NCBI GenBank assembly: GCA_013265495.1
Contig: MU063351.1
Coordinates: 1,467,845 to 1,531,844, forward strand
Direction: 5' to 3'
Length of the DNA stretch: 64,000 nt
Source: Vicugna vicugna
Lineage: Eukaryota
Both the position numbers and the translations under genes were made by a program. Numbering within the stretch: position 1 is the first letter of the stretch; every line of letters begins with the position of its first letter. Under the pieces are notes generated by a model. The model searched no databases and was not told the DNA's origin. It saw only the letters and a program-made list of their open reading frames with translations. Below are positions 36,935 through 49,913 of this stretch, piece after piece.

Positions 36935-36948
36935 GCTGCAGGGGGCAG
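36935..36948 (+). promoter_or_regulatory. Candidate CTCF motif
   Basis: gctgcagggggcag, two mismatches to CCAGCAGGGGGCAG; motif only. Confidence 0.25.
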
Positions 36949-37190
36949 ATGGTGGGGGCACCCACAATCCTGCAGCAGCCAAGACACCCCACTCCCAGGA
37001 AGAAGACACATCAAGCCAGAGCTTCCTGACGTTCCCCACCTACAACAGACTGACGATGAACACCCCGGAGAGAGAAGAAAGGTGGAGCTCCTGCCACACA
37101 GGAGTTACACTGCTCATTTCCACCTTTGTTGTTCTCTCTCTCTTTGCTGCTCTGCAGTGAAGAGCTCTGAAGTCCTTAAAACAAAAATGG

Positions 37191-37361
37191 NNNNNNNNNN
37201 NNNNNNNNNNNNNNNNNNNNNNNNNNNNNNNNNNNNNNNNNNNNNNNNNNNNNNNNNNNNNNNNNNNNNNNNNNNNNNNNNNNNNNNNNNNNNNNNNNNN
37301 NNNNNNNNNNNNNNNNNNNNNNNNNNNNNNNNNNNNNNNNNNNNNNNNNNNNNNNNNNNNN
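37191..37361. other. N-run (171 nt) abutting an L1 3' end
   Basis: Ns seen directly. Confidence 0.95.
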
Positions 37362-37435
37362 CCAGGGAACTGTTCACTTAACACAGTTAAGGCGCTAAAT
37401 TTTATGTTATATGTGTTTTGCCACAATTCAAAACA
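37362..37435 (+). mobile_element. L1M 3' terminus
   Basis: gaactgttcacttaacacagttaaggcgctaaattttatgttatatgtgttttgccacaattc. Confidence 0.75.
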
Positions 37436-39329
37436 ATTGTAATGGTATTTGCTGATCTTCAGGGTCAATAAAGAGAAAGGTAACCAGGTGGATGTGTCCC
37501 ACTCCATGGCTAATTTTGAGATCAGAAACCTAAAGGAGTGTTAGCAATTGCTAAAAGGAAAGAAAAGAAGATTCTATCCCAGGAGCCTGCAGCAGAGAAG
37601 AAAAAACAATTGAGAGGCAGAATGAACCTCTGAATTCGCCTCGGGGGTTTACAGTAGAAAAGCCTTGAGTGACATGGAGGTGGCTCACTCCTCCAGGCCC
37701 ACCCCATGAAAAGGCCTCCCCTTCTCTTCACTGTCTTTTCCAAACCATTGCTGTTCTGTCTTTCCTTGAGAGCCTCTTCCTTTGAAGCATATGCTATCTA
37801 TCATGTAATAACATCCTTTTCCATCTGCTCCCCCAGCGCATCTGAAGGCCTTGGCATCTGGCTCCAAGTCTTTCTCGCCCCTGGACCCCTGCCAGCATCT
37901 GGGTAACTCCAGTGCTCTCCTTGATGACTTGGCCAATCAGATTTCCCAGGTACTGAGTGAAGGCCAGGCACTATACCAGTAACTTCACATCGTTATCTAT
38001 AACCCTCCCCACAAACCAAGAGCTCGGCTATAGCACCCCTACTTAGAGACAGCAGGGGCAGGGGACCCTAAACCACGCTTGTCGGACTCTCAAGTTCATG
38101 CTCTCCTCTTTACAGCACTGGCTCAGAATGCATCTAAAACATAAACCTGAATACCCTGCTGTCTGCACATACACTCTTCCCTTGCTGCCTCTCCCATCAA
38201 ACCTCTTCGTCCGCCTCGCCAAACATCCAGCCCCTGGATCCCTGCCTTTACTCCCATTAATCAGCCCTTCCTGACACGTTCTTCCATACCTGTGGCCAGA
38301 GAAATGCCAGGAAAACCCCTCATGAGATTGTTTCTTGGCTCAATGCCCACATAATGAACCCCCTTCCTTTGATCATCAGACTACTGATCAAGTCAGTAAA
38401 ATCCTCTAGGCCTACAGTTGTAAGCTATGTTATGATGGTGATGTAAGTGCTGGTTTGAACTTTTAGTAAGTATGTTAGATTGGTTGGGACCAAGCAGAAA
38501 GAAAACAGCTGATGGCAAGTGGCAACTGATAAGCACCGTGGCTACTCCCGGTTAGCCTCATAAAAATGAGGCCCTGCACTTCCTCTTGGGGCTCTTGGCC
38601 TAGCAGAAGCACTCTCTCACCATGATGTCACTGCTGGCATCCACTGATAGACATGCTGTCACTCTCCATCCTGAAGACAGTCACTCAGCACTCTAGGGGG
38701 TCCCACAAGTGGCTGGAGGAGATTCTCACTCCCTTTATCTTCCATCAACATATACTCACTACCTTGGGATGGTAAGATGCACTCTGCAACAGGGATCCCC
38801 CTTCCCTCTTCTCCAGGACCAAGGTTTGCAGGGGGAGTTGAGAAGCAAATACACTTTTGTCATTCAATGTGAAAGGACCTTTATGCCTGCGTGCTCTTTG
38901 TCCTTGGGCATATCAAAGATGTAAAAGTATATAGCTCCACAACAAGTTCTGAACTCTTGGTCAAAAACAATACAGACAGTAACACTTGGTCAGTCACAAC
39001 AATAACATTCTAATCAACATTTCCAATCTCTTGCCCTGTTGTCCTGACCTGTCCCCCCTCCCTGACCATCCCCAGCAACTCTCTGATTTCCCTAATTCTG
39101 AGTGTTCTGGTACTACTGGAGAGAATTTCAAAACCATGTTGATTACCTAAATTACAAATGTAAGAGCGCCAATCTCAGCTCTGCCTTAAGAATTCCTCTG
39201 TTGTATTTCTCTATGGCAGCACCTCCAAAGCTGCTTTATGTTCTTTGAGTGCCCTACCCCAGCACTAGCCCCTACCTTCCAAACGAAACAGTCATCCACA
39301 GCTTCCATCCCTTCCACATTTCACGTTTT

Positions 39330-39730
39330 ATTTCCACTCATCTTCTCCACGTCTTTCTTGTCCAGAGAGAGAAGTATCCTGCTCCTTCTCAGGCCCAGTC
39401 ACTCCTGCATTTTGATCTCATCCTTGTCTTCCTCTTCTAAGATGTTTCAACAGTTCTTGAGTCTTCTTCATTCCAACCAATCAATCAATAATGGCAGCCG
39501 TCTTTCAACTCCACCTATTCCTCAAACCACCACCCTGAGTGCCCTTGCATTCACCATCAAGCCTCTGTGTGGTCCTCACGTTCTCAGCTGCCTCACCTCC
39601 CATTCATTTCTCAGCTTGTTGTAATTTAGCTCCCAATCCTACTCCCATATTGAAGTTTCCCTGGCAAAAGTAAAAACTTCCTATTTGTCAAACCCAGTCT
39701 TCAGTTCTCATCCAACTCTCCTTTCTGAAG
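39330..39730 (+). mobile_element. L2 LINE internal fragment
   Basis: Pyrimidine-rich L2-like sequence (ttgatctcatccttgtcttcctc...cttcctatttgtcaaacccagtcttcagttctcatc); explains the Ser/Leu-rich 39238-39624 ORF. Confidence 0.55.
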
Positions 39731-39749
39731 TTAGGGCATGGCCGTGAGA

Positions 39750-40100
39750 TGATACCAAGTGGGGTAAAAAGCAGGAATCCTGGAGGCAGTGGTCTGGGTG
39801 CAGTTGGTTTCCATCCAATTACAAACTGTTTGACCTGGAGTTGAATTACTCAACTTATCTGCATGTCAATTTCCTCCTCCCTACGATGGAGAATCTGCTA
39901 ATAGTAGCTCCTAGCATTTAAGGCTTATTAGCTAGTTTAGTCAATGGAGAGGTGCGGTCTGAGACAGTGAAAAGCTGTCTGGGAGTCAGGGGAACAGGGA
40001 TTTAATCCCAGCTATAGAATCTTTGTAATAACAAGATCTCTGGGTCTCACTTTTTAAATAAACTGGGTGATCATGAAAGTCCTTGCTGGCCCTAAACACT
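39750..40100 (+). mobile_element. Two degenerate MIR/MIR3 fragments (~39750-39900, ~39950-40100)
   Basis: tgtttgacctggagttgaattactcaacttatctgcatgtcaatttcctc and ctgggagtcaggggaacagggatttaatcccagc...gaaagtccttgctggccctaaacacttctatga. Confidence 0.5.
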
Positions 40101-40499
40101 TCTATGAGACATTAAATAGTTTGGCAACAATTTGAAAAAACGTACAAATGAGTGCTAAATGAACACCACATGCAATGAGGGATTCGCGGAAAGGGAAAAA
40201 TACTGTGAGCAGGATATTGGAAAGAGGTGAAACAGATAAAACGTCAGTGGGCCCTAAAGATGGGAGGATTTTAATAGATGTAAAAGAGGGAGGAAAGATT
40301 TCCAGGCTTGAGAAGAAAAACAACAAAGGCATGGAGTGATTTAAGGCACACCAGGAAGACCTCTATGACAAAATTACCTTCCCCATGACTTGTTGATAGG
40401 TTCTAAGTATCAGTTAATGATTTTGAAGTGATCGTTAAATAACAAGTAAGTTGTTATTTACAACTGATTAAAAATGAATGTGATCTATACTCTGAAGCC

Positions 40500-40670
40500 A
40501 TTTAAAGTGATTTGAATAAGAATGGTTAATGAAGGATGTGCATCAAGGTATTAATAGTGGTTGTTCCTAGACAATGGTTGTAAGTGACTTTAATTATGTT
40601 TATCGGTATTTCCTAAAATGAACATGAATTGCTATTTATAACCAGAAAGAATAAAAACATACTTAAGCTT
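40500..40670 (+). mobile_element. L1ME-type 3' terminus
   Basis: tattaatagtggttgttcctag...gtgactttaattatg...aatgaacatgaattgctatttataaccagaaagaataaaaa. Confidence 0.55.
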
Positions 40671-41994
40671 TTAAATGCAATTAAGGAGGTGGTGACATCT
40701 TAAGCCATTAACAATTAACAAAGGGAGAGGTTGCTTGACAGATGGCTGGGACTCAGTTGAAGTCACCGAGATGCCGGGGCACTGAAAGAACTGTTACAGG
40801 TGGGGACAGCAAAGCAATGGCAATAGTCTTTGCCTAGTTCCTAATCTGCCCCTGCAACAGTGTATTTAAACCCCTTAAAGCCCATTTTATTCTTTTTCAC
40901 ACCTACTTTTATTTCTAGTACCCAAAAGGATTCAAAGATTTTATTAATTCTGGTGCTTTTGCAGTGACAAAGGGCTGTCGATTATTCCTCACCTCAGTCC
41001 TTACTCTCAGTTAATGGAGTTCTGAAGAGTGAAAGGCTTGGCAAGATGACCCATATGGACAAACACGATGGGGATAAATTTTTTATATATGTTAAGTTGT
41101 ATTTTTAATTCATTCTTTCCTATAAATCAGGTTTTCTGCAGCCTCTCCATCATGTTGCCCTCAGAGGAGGGGAAAAAGCAACTCCTTCCTCAGGAAGGAG
41201 GACATGACTTAGAAATATTTCCTACCAACCAGAAAAGGAAATTAAAGACAACTTTCCAATGACGGTGACTTCAAAAAAACAGACATAAGCAGGGATACAA
41301 GTGTGGCATGATTTCTTTGTGTTGGGCTTAAATCTCAAAGTAAGTGGTTGTTAGGTAAAAGCTGAGGGAAAAGTCAAAAGTGGAAGGGTTTCTGCCCCCA
41401 CTTCCTGTTGGAACTCCAAAAGAAACCTCATCCCAGAATAACTTCCTCACCAATACGGTGGAGTCTCAGAAAAGGAAAAATGGAATCATTAGAAGAAAGA
41501 AGGTCTGAGTGGCACCTCAGTCTCCCTTAGCTCCTTGTGGCATGGAAGGGGTGTAGAAATTCCCATGTGCCCCGCGGAGGACTTCCTGATGGATTTCCCA
41601 GGAGGTTGCCAGGGCAGCAGCGAAAAGAGCCTGTGGCCAAGGAACACAGCAAAAACCACCCAGTCTGGGAACAAATGAGAATCCCAACAGACCTCAGGAG
41701 CATGTCTGGTGCCAGCAAGAGATGAGGTGGGTCAGGTTATCTAGGGAAGACCAACCAACCAATGGGGAGGGTCCAACCAGAACGAGAGAGAGACCCATGT
41801 TCATCAGAAGCAGACAGCAGCATATGGTCAGCGACCTGCAGAGACACTTCTCCACTGGCGTGGGGAACACAGGGCAGCACAAAGGCCTGAGTCTCTGCAC
41901 AGACCTCGAGGTGACTTAATGCCAGTGGTGCTCCAATAAATGATTAACAACAAACCCTCCAGATAGGAAGAGCCCTGTTTTGTGGCATTAGAGG

Positions 41995-42340
41995 GCTTCC
42001 TTGGCATCAATACTTCCACCAAAGCAGATTTCAACTACCAGTGTTACACCATTGAACTCAGAGGGTGGGAGGAGACGAGGTTTATAGAGGCATACAATTA
42101 TATAGTATTTCCACTTACAGATACAACAGATATAACTTTAAGAGCATAGATAACAGTAAAATACAGTCAAATAATTAGGAAGTGATGAGTCTTGAGCATT
42201 ACCTCTATTTTCAGTATTATTTAATTGTCAGTTTGTATAACTTAATTGTTGAAGATTGTATTTAAAAACTGGCTTGAAAAATTCCCCCAAATTTAATCAG
42301 TTCTGGTAAGCCAGTGCAAGTGAGCTAGAGCATGCCACTG
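41995..42340 (-). mobile_element. MER63-family hAT (Blackjack) DNA transposon
   Basis: Reverse complement begins cagtggcatgctctag and contains ctcatcacttcctaattattt...tatctatgctctt...gtggaaatactatataat as in the recalled MER63 consensus. Confidence 0.75.
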
Positions 42341-42620
42341 CTCAAGAAACCCTACCCATTTTCTCCAAATATCATCTTGGAGAGATACAAGGGAAGTGGA
42401 AGGAAAATCAAACAACTGGGTCATTTACCCAAAATAAATTAAATTATCATTAACTGATAAATGTCAGTGTCTACTACTACCTCCACCACTATCATTTCCA
42501 AACTGAAGCTGGGGAAGAAGATGAACTCAATTGCAAAAAGAAAAAAAAAAAATTAAAGAAACTGTATTTTCTCTACACATCTACCTTTTAGTGTGTGTCA
42601 ATTAAAAATTCTGCACCCAG

Positions 42621-43384
42621 AGAAAAGGGAACCTTTCTTCACTGCTGGTGAGAATGCAGTTTGGTGCAGCCACTGTGGAAAACAGTATGGAGATTCCTCA
42701 AAAGACTAGGAATAGACTTACCATAGGACCCAGGAATCCCGCTCCTAGGCATATATCCAGAAGGAACCCTACTTCAGGATGACACCTGCACCCCAATGTT
42801 CATAGCAGCACTATTTACAATAGCCAAGACATGGAAACAGCCTAAATGTCCATCAACGGATGACTAGATAAAGAAGAGGCGGTATATTTATACAATGGAA
42901 TACTACTCAGCCATAAAAACCAACAACATAACACCATTTGCAGCAACATGGATGTTCCTGGAGAATGTCATTCTAAGTGAAGTAAGCCAGAAAGAGAAAG
43001 AAAAATACCATATGAGATCACTCATATGTGGAATCTAAACAAATAAACAAACAAACAAAGCATAAATACAAAATAGAAATAGACTCACAGACATAGAATA
43101 CAAGCTTGTGGTTGCCAAGGGGGCAGAGGGTGGGAGGAGATAGACTAGGATTTCAAAATTGTAGAATAGATAAACAAGATTATACTGTATAGCACAGGGA
43201 AATATACACAAGATCTTGTGGTAGCTCACAGAGAAAAAAATGTGACAATATATATATGTTTATGTATAACTGAAAAATTGTGCTCTACACTGTAATTTGA
43301 CACATCATTGTAAAATGATTACAAATCAATAAAAAATGTTAAAATTAATTAATTAATTAATTAATTCAGTAAAATGAAAAAAAA
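42621..43384 (+). mobile_element. Young camelid-type L1, 5'-truncated, with TSD
   Basis: Same subfamily as 18372-18949; 17-bp TSD aaaaa(t/g)tctgcacccag at 42604-42620 and 43385-43401; tail contains (TTAA)n. Confidence 0.92.
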
Positions 43385-43419
43385 AAAAAGTCTGCACCCA
43401 GTAATGGAATCCTCCAATG

Positions 43420-43860
43420 ACAGTAGCTTATGTGGGAGGAGGTTTATTATTCTCACATAACAAGGAGTCAAGTTTATACTTCAGGGTCACAAAATGGCTG
43501 TACCAGCTCCAGGCACTACATTTACATTCAAGCCAAGGTAAAGAGGCAAAAGGCCCAGCAGTTTCTGTATGCTTTTATCAGGAGCACAAAAACTTTCCCA
43601 GGAATCTGCCTTCCTTTGCCCCTCCCTACTAGCTTCCTCCCTGTGGACTTATGCTGCTTAAGTCTTACTGGCCAGAACTAGATTACTCAGCCACCTGAAC
43701 TGCAGGGGAGACTGGGGAAAGATATTCTAATTGGCTGAGACCAGTCAAGATCCACTGCCTGAGGTTGGATGTGTTGCTGCCAATAATGAACAAAATCAAG
43801 GTTCTGTTAGCAAGGAAGAAGGGGGTACTGGAGAGTGGGCAAGCTGGAAGCAAGTCTGGC
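43420..43860 (-). mobile_element. Old MaLR LTR (MLT1K/L-like)
   Basis: tattctcacataacaaggagtc...cacaaaatggctgtaccagctccaggcac...ctttcccagg...tactggccagaactagattac...aacaaaatcaaggttctgttagcaaggaagaaggg. Confidence 0.65.
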
Positions 43861-46800
43861 ATGACATAAGTCAGTATTTCTAACCCCAATTCACACAGCA
43901 AAGTGGAAGAACTATTTTAAATGGAAAAGAGCCAAGATTTGGCATTTGCTTGCCAGAGCATAGGATGGAAATGCAGGAAGAGCCTGGCAGTGTCTCTCAC
44001 ATCTAATCAGAGGTTATTAAGGGCGCAGACAGAAGGGAGGCCTGGAGGGCTTGGCGGGCCGAGCAGTAGTCCCCTCAGACTCCTGGACGAAGCCATTTCC
44101 TTTAAGCTGCTTCAGGAGCAGGAAATGGGGTAAAGACAATGAAGTCCAATGTCAAAGAGGTTTCCCTATCAGGGAAAATTAGGGAATAATAGACTCCTGT
44201 TGTTCACTACTTCAGGATTCTCGGAGCTTTTGCCCAGCAGTGCTCTCTAAGGGCTTGAGTCCACTTGCTCTTTGCTGAGTACACACTTCAGGTGTCACTC
44301 ACAAAGCTGGGGAGAGCAGCAAGACTGAAAGGGAAAGCAAAAAGGTCCTTCCTTCCCTGACTCTGATCAACCTCTAGACCAACAAAGGTTAATTACTTAA
44401 ATGGTTGGGGCTTATTCCTGGGGAAAGGGGCTGAATGACTAAACATCTGTGAGCACTGAGTGGCTCCATCAGCAAACGGAGCCTGCCCCAGGGTGACTGG
44501 GTGCCTGACTGTCTGTCATGGGCCAATTAACTAATTGTAGGAATCACACTAGATCCAGGAAAAAGGCAAGTCACAGGTGCTCAGGATAGGGGCTAGGGTG
44601 GACGAAAGACTAACTACTAGACAGGAATTAAATGTTAAATAAACAGTTCCACATTAGATTTTCCAACATAAAATGTAGCCTCTTTAATTGAACAAGTTGA
44701 ATAAATGCAAATAACTTCAAGCAAAAAAGATCTGAGATTCATTTGTCCATACTGGAAAGTTTACACATGTGAATTAAGTTCCTTCGTGCAACATAGCCAA
44801 TGCTTTTCCTCTCTCACGTAGAATTAACTTGTGCAACTTGTTCAAAGAACACAACAGCATTTTGAATTCTTCGTTTTCCATGTTTCTCAAAGTTCTCTCC
44901 TTAAAGTCTCTATTTGTGGGAAGGAAGAAAAAAAAAAAGTTGCTCCCTCTTTAAACAAATGCTCAGACCTGAAAATGTTAACTAATTTCATTTTCTTGAT
45001 AAAGTGTGTCTGTGATCAGAACTGAGTCATACCAAAAATACTTCGACAAGATTTGACCTTTTACTTAAATCCCACATTGAGATAATATACTTAAAATGGT
45101 TATCAATAAGACCTTTGTTTTTAAAAGCACACTTAAAAATAAATCACTTTTTAAAAGGAGAAAACTGTTTTCAATTAAGTTCTTTACAGGCAATCAGCTT
45201 GAAAGTTATGTTTGCTCTTTTATTTTCCTTATATATAAATTATGCCCAAGAGTGCCATGATAACAGAACTATACAAACTACACTTTACCTTTGTATTTAC
45301 TTCTTGTCAAAATAAACTCTACAAATTAACTTGTTTTTAGAGTGCTTTATGACCAGTAAGCCCCAGGGTAAAAACAATGCAAGCAGCGACCATTTTTTAC
45401 TGTTAATGAGAAAAACCAAGTCCAATTATATGAGGATAATTAATTCTTAACTCCTTCTGATGAAGAGTTTTCCTGCAGTAGAGAAATTTTACTCAATTAT
45501 AACAATGTTTATATTTAGAAAAGTTGTAAAGATAGACTTTTTGTTTGAGTCCCTGAGCAAAGTGACACTGTGATACCCAAACAGGGCTAATTACTAGGAC
45601 TGGCTTCCTGTATGTTTTAACCACCTAAAGCCTTTGTCATCAAACTCTTGTTTGCCCCTGAAAATGCTAGGAGCTTATTAGATAGACATGTAATCTAAAA
45701 ATTATCCATTCCAAAATAGATGTTGCTCTTATTTCTCAAATTTCCTATTTTTCTCCCTTTGGCTTGGCCCTCTACCCTATCCATGTTAGAGGCTGTTTAT
45801 AAGTAGTAGATTTTACATTCTCCTTAGTGGTTTTACTATTAACATCCTAGAGGAGCAAAATTCTAATCTGAGGAAACACAAGTCTGGAAAGAAAATAATC
45901 TTAAAACAAAATAAATACGTATCTGTATTTATTTATTTATATAGACTTATGTGATATATAAATTTAATCCAAATCACTATAAAATGAACTTGAAATTTCT
46001 AAAGTTAGCTGTGGTTAAGTGCAGGATTTTTGAAAATTGGATTTCATAGAGTATTTGTTGGATTTCTCCTCCTTCGCCCCTCCCACCATGGCCTGGGTGA
46101 GTAAGCACAGGGTGAGGCCCCAGTGCCCAGAGTGGTGTTGGAAGAGGTATTTATTTCAAGGACCTAGAAATGAGAAGAGTTAGAGAAGAGTCAGGGACTG
46201 GAAGAAGCTGAAAAGGGGCATCAACCCAAAGGCGAAAGCACAAAGCTGCAAAGACAAAACAATGGTCAAGTTTGAGATATTGGTTGGATGGGAGTAAGGA
46301 ACAGCCCAAGTCTGTTTAACAAAGAGGTCATATTTGTACCAGCCACAAACCACCCTGAGGAAGGAACCCGGTTGGGAGAGGGATCACATGACCAAGTAGG
46401 GAGTCTGGTTTGAAGGCACAAAGGAGAGCAATAAGTATGACCACAGACTGCGAGTAACGCCAGTCTTTCTCCTGAGGCTTTCTTTTGGGCCAGTTACTAG
46501 ACCAAAGATCTTTAAGTTTTACCACAGAAATACCACCACTACAGCATATTTTGCCTCCCAGGTAATTGGCTTAAGAAAGTTATGAGCTCTTGTATAAGCC
46601 ACCTCTGAAAGAAAGACCCCCACACTCAGAAAACCCATCCCACCCAACAGTTATTTCCCTGTGCTGTGGTCCAAATAAGTCCACCAACTGGATCAGGCCA
46701 TAATCTGTTGACAGATTTCTCTATCAGTCAAATTCTCAGATGAAGAAAGCTGACAACACAAAACCCAAAAGGTATCATCGTATTGAGGTGAGTCAGCTCA

Positions 46801-47266
46801 AGCAGGCTTCTCTGAGACAACCCAAGTTAAATGAAGCGAACAGAAAAAAAAAAAAAAAAACCCCACAGGATTTCTTTAAGCTAGCATTCAGGCAGAAACT
46901 CTGGCCTAACTGTTCCTTTTGAAACTTCATGGAGTGGATGGATGTCACCTTCTAGAGAGAAAAAGAACCTCATCTTTCCATAGAATAGAGAAGAACCATC
47001 TTATTTCCTGGTGCCAAGGACAGTAATATAAGGTATATATCCTAAATTGCTAAATGAAGTGGAGGAAAGGAGATCTATGGATTAATCTATGGATTAACAT
47101 AAATCTTTGAGAAAAACACCAGAAATAAATAATTTCATTACAACTTTCCCATGTCTTTCCTTCCACTGAATTCTAAAAGCATGATCATATTCCATCAAGT
47201 AATACCCACATATATATGAATGGAAATTGAACTGTAAATTACATACTCCTGCAATCTCATGGATAC

Positions 47267-47776
47267 CGTGATGGATAAATCCATATGTCAGCTTGACTGG
47301 GCCACAGAGTGCCCTGATATTTGATCAAACATTATTCTGAGTGTGTCTGAGAGGGTGTCCCTGGATGAGATTAACATTTGAATGGGTGGACTGAGTAAAG
47401 CAGATGCCGTCCCTCCTGTGTGTTGTGTGTGTGTGTGTGTGTGTGTGTGGGGTCCAAACAGTTGAAGGCCAGAATAGAGCAAAAGGGATGAGTAACAGAG
47501 GATTCCTTCTGCCTGACTGCCTTCAAGCTGAGATATCAGTTTTTCTCCCTCTCTCCAGGCATGAACTAAAACATCATCTCAAGCCTGCCAGCCTTCAGAC
47601 TAAAACTACATCATCAGCTCGCCTGGATCTCTAGTTTGCAAACCCACCTTGCAGATCATGGGACTTGCAAGCCTTCATAGTCACATGAGCCAAATATATA
47701 TATGGATATATATTCCATACACACACACACACACACACATCCTATTGGTTCTGTTTCTTTGGAGAATCCTAATACA
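47267..47776 (+). mobile_element. Solo ERVL LTR, MLT2 family, with internal (TG)n and (CA)n
   Basis: (t/c)gtgatggataaatccatatgtcagcttgactgggccac...cctattggttctgtttctttggagaatcctaataca; 5-bp TSD gatac/gatgc. Confidence 0.9.
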
Positions 47777-49113
47777 GATGCTTCTATAAATTTTATAGCA
47801 AACTTGTGTAAAAGATAAGGATATATCAAGTAGCCTTAGTTGTTTTCCTCTCCCCTAGACCCACAGCCACATGTCCTGCTCTGGCAGTAAATCAGTGGGG
47901 TAGAAGTCACACCCAGACTAAAAAAGAACTAGCCACAGGCCCCACTTTTACCACCATATTCAGAGCTGCCACATTTAGTCCGGGCCATTTACATCTAAAC
48001 TTACCACCTTCATGGAATCAGGCTGTTTTAAACAATATAATTTCTAAGGAGAGACCAAGAAGGGAAGTGAGTTGTGTTGCTTTGAGCCCACTGTCCGGTT
48101 ATACTGTAACTGAAACTTCCCCTCTTAGTGGTCCCAGTGATTTAATGAAAGAATGAAGGCAGATTGGTCTGGTTCACAGGGTCTTAGAAGACTTGACTGA
48201 ACGCATCAGATCAACATAAGAACAAGCAATAAGTCTCAAGCCAAGATCAAAGAGTAAATAAGAGCAAAACTTCCATACTGATATGGAAATTTCATTCACC
48301 TGCATTCTGGGGCAAGGGTAGCCTACGCTCATAAAGAGAACCCACCAGAGCTAGATAGCATACATTCCTGAGGGCTGCATACATCACAGAAGATACATCA
48401 GTGTGTGCTGTGTAAGATCACCCAGAAGTGCACCCTTCGCAAAACAAGAGAGAGATTTTTGCAGTTGTCCTGAGTAGGAAGCTGGCAAGAAGGAAAGAGG
48501 CGCAAAGGGAATTTTTAGGATGATTTCTGTGTGATTTCACCATGTAAAATCCCTATACTGAAACCTCTTAAAAATAAACCTAAGAGTAAATATTCACATT
48601 ATTGTTCAAGGTTTCTCAAGTTAGTTAGACTTTTGTTGAATGTCACACTTACAAGAGATTAGACATATACAAGGAGGCGTGGCTCTATGTGAGTTTCATT
48701 TAATGTAGACAAAGCTTATCTTCAGATTTCAACTTATTTCCCAACCACTAGTCAGGGCAGACCCTTCCCATTATAATAACTTAGGATCTACAATAAACAG
48801 TGGGGTAATTATCAAGAACAGTGGAAAGATTGAGCTTTGGTGTTCATCTTCAGAAATCTTAGCTAATTTTTATGACTCAGTATCTTGTGGCACAGGCATA
48901 CATCAATCAACTCTGAAAAAAGCAACCTGGGATGTGCTTAATATTTGGACTTCAGGCATGGTTATATATTTCCTCCGTAATATCCCAGAGCAACAGAAAG
49001 TTTACATAGACCCTATATAGCACATGGATAGAAGGCAATAAATAGAAGCTTCAATTATATGCTCATCACCTACGAAAACTAGAAAATATTTTAGATTAAA
49101 AAAGGAACACAGA

Positions 49114-49913
49114 GGTTCTATTTTNNNNNNNNNNNNNNNNNNNNNNNNNNNNNNNNNNNNNNNNNNNNNNNNNNNNNNNNNNNNNNNNNNNNNNNNNNNN
49201 NNNNNNNNNNNNNNNNNNNNNNNNNNNNNNNNNNNNNNNNNNNNNNNNNNNNNGGTGGCCATTTTGGCAGGTGTGAGATGGTGTCTCACTGTGATTTTGA
49301 TTTGTATTTCCCCGATATCAGTGATGTTGAGCAAATTTTCACTTTCCTGTTGGCCGTCTGCATTTCCTCTTTTGGAAAAATATCCATTCCGTTCTTCTGC
49401 CCATATTTTAAATGGATTGGCTGGTTGTTTGCTTTTTAATTGAAGTACATTTGATTTAAAATGTTGTACTAGTTTCTGGTGTACAGCATGGATGGATTTG
49501 GAGGGCTTTATGCTAAGTGAAATAAGTCAGACAGAGAAACACAAATACTGTAAGATATCACTTACATGTGGAATCTAATAAAATACAACAAACTAATGAA
49601 TATAACAGAAAAGACACAGACTCACAGATATAGAGAAGGAACTAGTGGTGACCAGAGGGGAGAGGGAAGGAGGAGGGGCAAGATGAAGGCGGAGGATTAA
49701 AAGGTACAAACTATCAGGTATAAAATAAGCTACAAGGATGTATTTATTGTACAACATGGGAATTATATCCAAAATTTTATAATAACTATAGAGTACAACC
49801 TTCAAAAATTTGTGAATCATTATATTATATGCCTGTAACATGTAATACTGTACATCAACTGTAATTCAATTTTAAAAATACGATATTGTAAAATAAATAC
49901 ATAAATTTTTTTT
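49114..49913 (+). mobile_element. 5'-inverted, tripartite L1 insertion with perfect TSD; contains N-run 49125-49253
   Basis: TSD aaaggaacacaga at 49101-49113 and 49914-49926; antisense ORF2 segment (49114-~49435), ~55-nt antisense L1 3' terminus (~49432-49487), sense ORF2 end plus 3'UTR (~49488-49880). Confidence 0.8.
49125..49253. other. N-run (129 nt) inside the inverted L1 segment
   Basis: Ns seen directly. Confidence 0.95.

Noticed and set aside
36869-37190. 170-aa ORF and a transmembrane-like stretch in another frame
   Set aside because: The ORF length is inflated by the N-run, and there are no splice signals or homology.
4830-47096. Small hairpins and duplications (4830-4845, 8937-8957, 38369-38391, 45909-45934; 12-bp tandem duplication 47073-47096)
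   Set aside because: Stems of 7-10 bp and short tandem duplications are expected by chance or slippage in 64 kb of AT-rich DNA.
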